NCBI GenBank assembly: GCA_964035545.1
Contig: OZ037769.1
Span: forward strand, 16,770,633 to 16,834,632
Reading direction: 5' to 3'
Length of the DNA: 64,000 nucleotides
DNA from: Bugula neritina
Taxonomy: Eukaryota; Animalia; Bryozoa
Below are positions 57,216 to 64,000 of this stretch, piece by piece (position 1 is the first letter of the stretch; every line of letters begins with the position of its first letter). The translations under genes were made by a program, and so were the position numbers. Under the pieces are notes generated by a model that ran no database searches, was not told the DNA's origin, and was given only the letters and a program-made list of their open reading frames with translations.

Positions 57216-60200
57216 CTACAGAACCAGTTTATTCGGCAGGTAAAAAGGCATTTCTAACTTTAATGTGAAACTTAAGGCTATAAAATATTGTTATACACAA
57301 TAATCCATGTGAGCAGTTGTAAACCACTATAATATCAGCTTTGGTAACCGTGACATTACTTTATATTGGAGTTATGTCTATTGCTGTTTAAAAGAAATTT
57401 TACATAAGCATTAAATACATAAAGCTTTTCTTAAAAATAGCTTCTACATTTGTGAGTTAATGGAATAAGCAGTGAGTGAAACGAGAGTTAGTTTCTGTGT
57501 ATTGTAGCCCACCATTGCACACGTAAGAGGTAGCACTCTGTGTATTGAGCCATTTCAACAGTTAATAAACTGTGAAAATATATCATTAGTATAAATTGCA
57601 TGCACCTGCTTTATAATATTGTAGCATGGGAAGTTTTTCCACTGTGTAATAAAGAGATCGCACTCAAAATCAACTGCCAACCAAAATTAAAAGACTCAAG
57701 TGAAACAAAACCTAGGTTTTAGTACTCAAAAAGTGGCTGAACTAATTTTTGAAAAAAGTAAAAAAAAATGCTTGAGTTTTATGAATGTAGGCATTAAATG
57801 TTTTAGGGAAGGCAAGATACCTGCCCTTTCAGAAAGTCAATTCTTCGTAGCAATTCTAAGAGCTAATTAGCCAAAATTATTCAATTCCTATATGAACTTT
57901 AGTTCATGTAGAAGCACTGACTGTAAAACTATCATACATATATATATATAATTTCTAAGGCTAATAGTGGCTTTCACTAAATCACAGCTGAAAACAGCTT
58001 CCAATATGCCCTAACCTTGTGGTTTTACAGAAAGAATAGAAATGAAAAAATAGAACAAATAAAGCCAGCTATATGAGAAAATGGTGGAGAAGGAATGCGT
58101 AGGATAGCTGACAAGTTTAATGTTGACTAACAGCTTTATAGCAGCATATACCAGCATAAAACTCAGCAGTTATGATGGTACTGCAGTTCAACACAACACA
58201 ATCTCAAAGTTTAAAAAAATCTTCATTCAATCAGCTAATAGTAGGTAACTTATACAATGATTTGAAACCATTTTTCTGCAGTTTTAAAAAGTTTCTAATA
58301 TTTTGGAGGGGTTTGGGGTTTTCACATTGGTATGACCAGTACATGACTGGCTGGCACTAATAGCTACATAAATACAACGCTATATTCAGCAGTTAGTTAT
58401 AATCAGTAGTCAGTAGCTATTGTTACTACTGTCAGTGACTAAGAGTTACTGACTGCTAGTGACTCTACTAGTACTGTGACTGCAGTCACTATATTTAGTG
58501 GTTATAGGAGTAACATTCAAGGCTGACTGCATAGTTATAAATTAATTTCCAGAATGAAACTAGCAAAGGAAATTTCTCACGGAGCTGAAGATATAATCTC
58601 AAGTTTTTATAAGACTGGATACGCTAAAATTATGCAATGCTACACCCATAGTTATGAATAAATATATAATATGCTTCACACCACAAAACACCCTGACTTA
58701 TTGAACATATTATTCATAAACCTTTGACTAAATTGTTATCAGAAAATCTTGCTAATTACATAGTGTCAGTAGGAGTGTGCAAACACACTACAGGCTAGCC
58801 TGAGATTAAAGAAAACATAGCCTGAGGTCAATAACAGTTTCTCTACTAAGGCTATGTAGGGTAGAACGTTTACTTATATGCGTGTTATTTCTGACAGGTG
58901 GTTTCAGGTGCCAGCAAAGTGCCCCATGCTCAGTAATAGCTTCTCATTAGCATTGTAATATATTTGTATTTCTATGGCTGTGAAGTAAGTTCAACTGGTG
59001 TCATTATCATGTGACAGGGCACATGGGAGCACCTGAAATCATCTGCCAGTACAGCATACAGGATAGGTGGAGTTATTTCTCTTTGTCATTAAATGATGTC
59101 AGCAAGGAAACTGTCAAATGTCAGCCCCATTTCCCAGCATTTCTTATTTCCTGTGAGCACTTAGCATCACAGTATTCATATAACAGTAAACTACGCAAGC
59201 CAACATATAAATTCATCAGTTTTTGTGCCTTTCAAGATACACTCACTTGTCATATAATTATTTATCTGTCATTGTAGTTGTAGTAGTTGCAATAAATTTA
59301 AAATTCAACACTTAGCCTAAAGCTATGTTTTATTAATTAATTAGAGTAAGAGCTTGTCAGTGAAGCCCCAACCCCAGGTAGCCTATTAACTTGAGATTTG
59401 TAACAACAACTAACTCAACGATGCATTATGCGGTCTTCCACAATATCTAATTATTAATTTCAGATAAAATCCAAATACACGAGTACCACTATTTAGTCGA
59501 GGCAATCAACTCTACTTGCGAAATCAACCAATCAGAGAAAACCTACAAGATTTGCCGAGCTGCTCGCGTGAATGATGTTAGAGAGCACATGTTACTATTG
59601 TCACGGCAATTTAGAAGATAATAGGCTGGCGTAGTGGCAGGTGCTTTTTCAATAGCATCTAAAGATTCGAGTTGATGTAAGTGTTCAAAGTTTATGCTGT
59701 TTATATTGTTATATTCAAATGAGCAAACAAGGGTTAAGTGACAGATAATCTTAAAACCATATCATTATTTCTCAGAGTTGCAATCAGTTGACGTTGTGTT
59801 ACTAAACTCTATGGAATGTTAAGACATCACATGCTGGTACAAGTAACTGCTAGACCTGAAACCTGAGGAAATATTCTAGATATTCTGTATGAGTAATAAT
59901 AGTGCTCATTTTTTGTGTTTTGTCCTGATTGTAGCAGCAGCTGGTAGGGTGAACGCCATTCACTAAAACTGCTACGTATACTGATGTAACAATATAATAC
60001 ACGGGAACACTACGTTACTCTGAGGGAAACTGGATATTTATTGCAAGTTACAGGTAAGATTATCATAAAGTTAATGATGGATGAAAACTCCATCTTAACT
60101 GGTAATTGTGTCTAATAATAACTACTATCTGTGCAATCTTACAGCATGAATTTAGTTCAGTTTTAGAGCTACACTCTACAATACATAGTGTAAGTGGATT

Positions 60201-62657
60201 ATTTCTACTGGCTGTGGTGAATTGTAATAACTAGTTTACTAACTTCAACAAAAACAGAGTAAATGTAGGAAAGTAATAATTTCCTTAAAATAGAGTTTAC
60301 AGAATTAAAAAGTTTTATAATAAAAGGCTTGAGTGTTTTTATTCCTGAACTATGCTAATACATTCAATGATTCATAGCTGATAATTGATAGTTTTTAGTG
60401 GTTGCATTATTATTAATCAAGTATTGCTATTATTATCAATACTTGAGCAATTTAATTAAAAATACTAGGTCTAAAATATAACAAATAATAAGTAAAAACC
60501 AAACTCTGCTAAATATAAGATATAGCTAATGATGGGAATACAACAGAGTAACTCTTTCAAGTCCCTTTAGTATAGTTGGGGCTCAAATATGCTAAGCCTT
60601 CCGTTACATAATCATTGCATAGTGTGATCATAATTTCATTATATTATGATCTTCAAGTATTCAAACACACATAATACAAACACGCACTACAATAAGTACT
60701 TCACTAGAGGAGTGAAAGTTGTTTGGTAGAGCTGAGCAGGTTTACAGGAATTGGCTCAGCCCTACGCATGATATAGTGTCACAGTATTAACATAAATAAT
60801 AGTGAAAATTCTACAACCGCTACTAGAAACAAGGTGAAGGTTGCATCAGGAAATCAGAGTGTAGAGATCATGGTTTTAGACATTATATTGTTAGAGATCA
60901 TGGTGTTAGGTAGAGAAGTAGTTAGGATCTTGAATGTAGATGTATTCTCAAATGAGAGCACATATATTATTTGATAAACTTGGGAAGCTTCAAGTAAAGG
61001 GTACATATTTTTGGTCACATTTTAATGTCAAATTACTGATGTCATGTAGAGTATTGTTTGTTGTATTGTCAACTGTAGAGTATAGTACAGTGCTTTGTCT
61101 CAAGGTATGTTTAGAATAGTATTTCCTTAAGTAGAATATAGTATTCAATTGTATAGAATATAGTATTTAATTGTATAGAGTGTAATATTATATTGTATAG
61201 TGTATAGAATATAGGAATTCCTTGTATAGAATATGATATTTGTTGTGTACATGTGTAGTTTATTTTTATTTAGCCTCGTAGTTGTAATATAACAGAGAAA
61301 CAGTTCAGTGCATATATTAGCATATAAATACACAGTAGTACTATTAGTAATACAGTAGAATAATATAGTAATAGTATAGATATACAGTAGTACTGTTAAT
61401 AGAATAATATAGTAATAGTATAGATATGCAGTAGTAATATTAGTAATACTGTAGATCTATATAGTAATAGTGCAGACAATCTCAGACTATACATTAGTAG
61501 AGCAGAACAATGCAGCAGTAAATTAAATTATCTGATATTCATCATAATTCCAGTTTCTGCACTCATTGCTCCCTCTTAAAATAATATGTGGAAGAGATTA
61601 GATGAGTTAATCGCATAAACACAGACTACTAGGGAGTACAGGGAGTACAGGCTAGTACTAGTATAGTTCGGTGGTGGTATTTGGTGGCTTATTAATTAGT
61701 AATAATTGCTCTGGTGGAAAATATGGGAACTAAAAATATTTTACCCTGGCTTTAAAAATGCATTCTGAGAAAGACATTAATTTTGAAAGGGCAACTCCCA
61801 TAAATTAGGCCTTTATCTAGGATAAATAGACAAGAAGACAAACTTGCTAAGGTCAAGGTAGTTTAGCTATACTAAACTTCTGAAATGTTTCCACAACGCC
61901 TCAGGCTCCTCAGTAATTACAGCCTCAGGCTGACAGATATAAACAGCCTTAGCGGAGGATCTTGAAGCTACACAATACGTGGTTTAGAAACAAGCTAATA
62001 AGTGGTGTAGACAGACTACAAACATTTGTAGCTCAAGGCACAAGCTGGGGGGACAATTCCTGCCCCAACACATGTCTGCTGCAAGTTTCTGCAGGAGTGG
62101 AGAGATGAAGTGAAGGCCAAAGGGGGCAGGTGATCCGTGAATCACCCAACTTGGCATTAAATAGCACCAGCATCTTAGAATTCTCCACTTCTAAAGTTCA
62201 AGCATTTCCACCTCACACCAACTATCCAAACTATAAATAAATCTGAATCATTTTTGACCAATCAGAGCTTGGGTTTATCAATCATCAACACCAGCACGTG
62301 TGTGAGCGCTGCATATCTAGAAGGTGACCTTATGTTTTACGTGAAGTAATTAGTCATTAGTACACATGAAAGATGCAAGACATGCTGCCCCAGAGATAAA
62401 TCCAGCTAATAAATAATCCGTCGGCAACTTGCTGCCAGAAACCTTTCCTCCATATTGCTGCCGAGTTTAAGTTCTTAGCTAGTAAATCAAGCTGCCGCTA
62501 CTTAATACAGCTATGATGGAGTTGATCAAAGAGTGTTTGACTGGTAGCTGACCTTCTATGCGCTGTCTACAAGCAGCATTCTTACTCTCATCATCTGCTT
62601 TTTTGTAGAAAAACAGGAACTCACAAGGAAATTAAAGCCTAGACTGAGCTCTACACA

Positions 62658-63953
62658 ATGGCATACAACCACAGGGTGGCCGTTCACTACTCCGTAAGTA
62701 TTATTCTACTAGGAATAAACACAAGGTGTTATGGGAAATCGATGTTTCAAAGGTTTAATTTTCCAGGCAGCATTCAGGTTTGAATTTTTAACAGTTGGGC
62801 CGAGTCAGCGTATATTTGCTCCAGTAGCCCTCGTCTTGCCTAAGACAAGAGAGGGAGGCAATAGATATATATTGTGTAAAGGGCCACAGTGTATATGTAA
62901 TCTTATTAACTTATAGTTTTGGTTTGACTGGATAAAAACTACAAGATATTTTGCATACTCAATGAATATTAAATTAGGATAGAGAAATGAGATGAGAATG
63001 GCCGGATTTAGGCCCTTAGGTCAACCCTGCATAGGAATGTCTCTATTTGGCCAAAAAGCAGAGTATTGCCTGTTTATAATAATTATGGCAAAAGTCTGCA
63101 AAAAATAGCTAGCAGGGAATTTAGACCTCCTAGTTAGTTTCTGTATCCACTCGGCATGTAGGCTGCTGTAACCAGAAGTTTCCTCACCTTCCCAATGAGC
63201 GTGACTGAATATTTGTTGTTATGTCCTAGGTGACAGAGCCACCAAACATAAGAGCCAATCAGAAGCTGACACCTCAGTACAGCGAGTTACTACAAACCAC
63301 AGGAGTGGACAGCGACTGCGGCAGCGGGACCTACGCAGTGCCAGCGTACGCTAGTAGTGACGGTAGTCATGGCACTTACTCCACAACCACAGCGATATAC
63401 CACCAACCCAACTGTCAGTGTCACATGGTGACCTCCCAGCCGCAGACGTGTGTGTCTCCGACGCATCACAGCGTGCAGACGTGCAGCTCCAATACCACCA
63501 GCAGCAGCCACAGTCACCCTATGAATGCCAGCAGCTGCACAAAGAAAATGTGGACCGGCACAGAGCAGGACCGCAGAAACACTAAGGTAGATAGAACTGA
63601 TCAACCAATCACGTGGGTGTGGATATCACTAACTATAGTCATCTTCCTTTCCAATACAGTAAGTCTGACTCAGAGCACATGGCTGGTCAACTCTACAACT
63701 AGTGAGTCATTAGGGGTTGTCAAACAATGCTTCAGAGAGAGCAGTAGTAGAGAAATGCAATGTGGATATTATAAAGGATTGTCTTCCCTTCAACTACCAT
63801 CTGTATCCTGGAAACTGACTCTAGTATTCTTCTGCGTAGCAGATACTTTCCTAGGGCTAAGCTGCTTGTTAGCCTGTGGAACTAGTCTAATAGCAACCGC
63901 AAAGCTGAGGAACAAGATATCCTTCTTCACCGGCTACATACAACTGTTTTCAG
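62658..63953 (+). CDS. LHFPL tetraspan family membrane protein, 3'-truncated by the window end
   Basis: Exon 62658-62693 (MAYNHRVAVHYS|gtaagt) splices in phase 0 to 63230-63953 (cctag| ... |gtgagc). Translation WVWISLTIVIFL..W..SLGVVKQC..CGYY..LPSVSWK..FF..GYIQLFSG matches the LHFPL (claudin-like) pattern. Likely 5'UTR exons at about 59570-59676 and 59934-60053, with a CCAAT box near 59528. Confidence 0.8.
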
Positions 63954-64000
63954 GTGAGCCGAAGCTAAACTTTCAACTTGAATAAGTTATTTAAATCCGA

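Overview
AT-rich, intron-containing animal genomic DNA that looks invertebrate; the species cannot be determined from the sequence. Many long ORFs in the supplied track are translation artefacts of tandem repeats, so the genes were assembled by hand from splice sites with phase checks. Five protein-coding genes: (1) a 5'-truncated Numb-associated kinase (AAK1/BMP2K family), + strand, 1398-14046; (2) a complete 11-exon gene for a secreted 474-aa protein (signal peptide, unrecognised Cys-containing domain, five thrombospondin type-1 repeats, very basic tail), + strand, 15793-22298; (3) a compact CPED1-like cadherin-like/PC-esterase gene, - strand, 31532-22888; (4) the 3' half of a divergent DNHD1-like dynein heavy chain, - strand, 57215-34609; (5) the 5' part of an LHFPL tetraspan gene, + strand, from 62658, apparently nested antisense in a dynein intron. 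Also present: an intronic tRNA-Thr(AGT), a 5'-truncated CR1/L2-group LINE, a solo LTR with TSD, two MITEs and a tRNA-derived SINE. The most striking unexplained pattern is that many unrelated minisatellites begin or end at splice sites, and several copy the donor or acceptor itself (decoy or recursive-type splice-site arrays). Other highlights: a candidate UGC-type 12-nt microexon in the kinase, a candidate 71-aa insert in the dynein stalk, a Tyr-to-His double change in the kinase P+1 loop, and an array of about 25 AP-1 sites.
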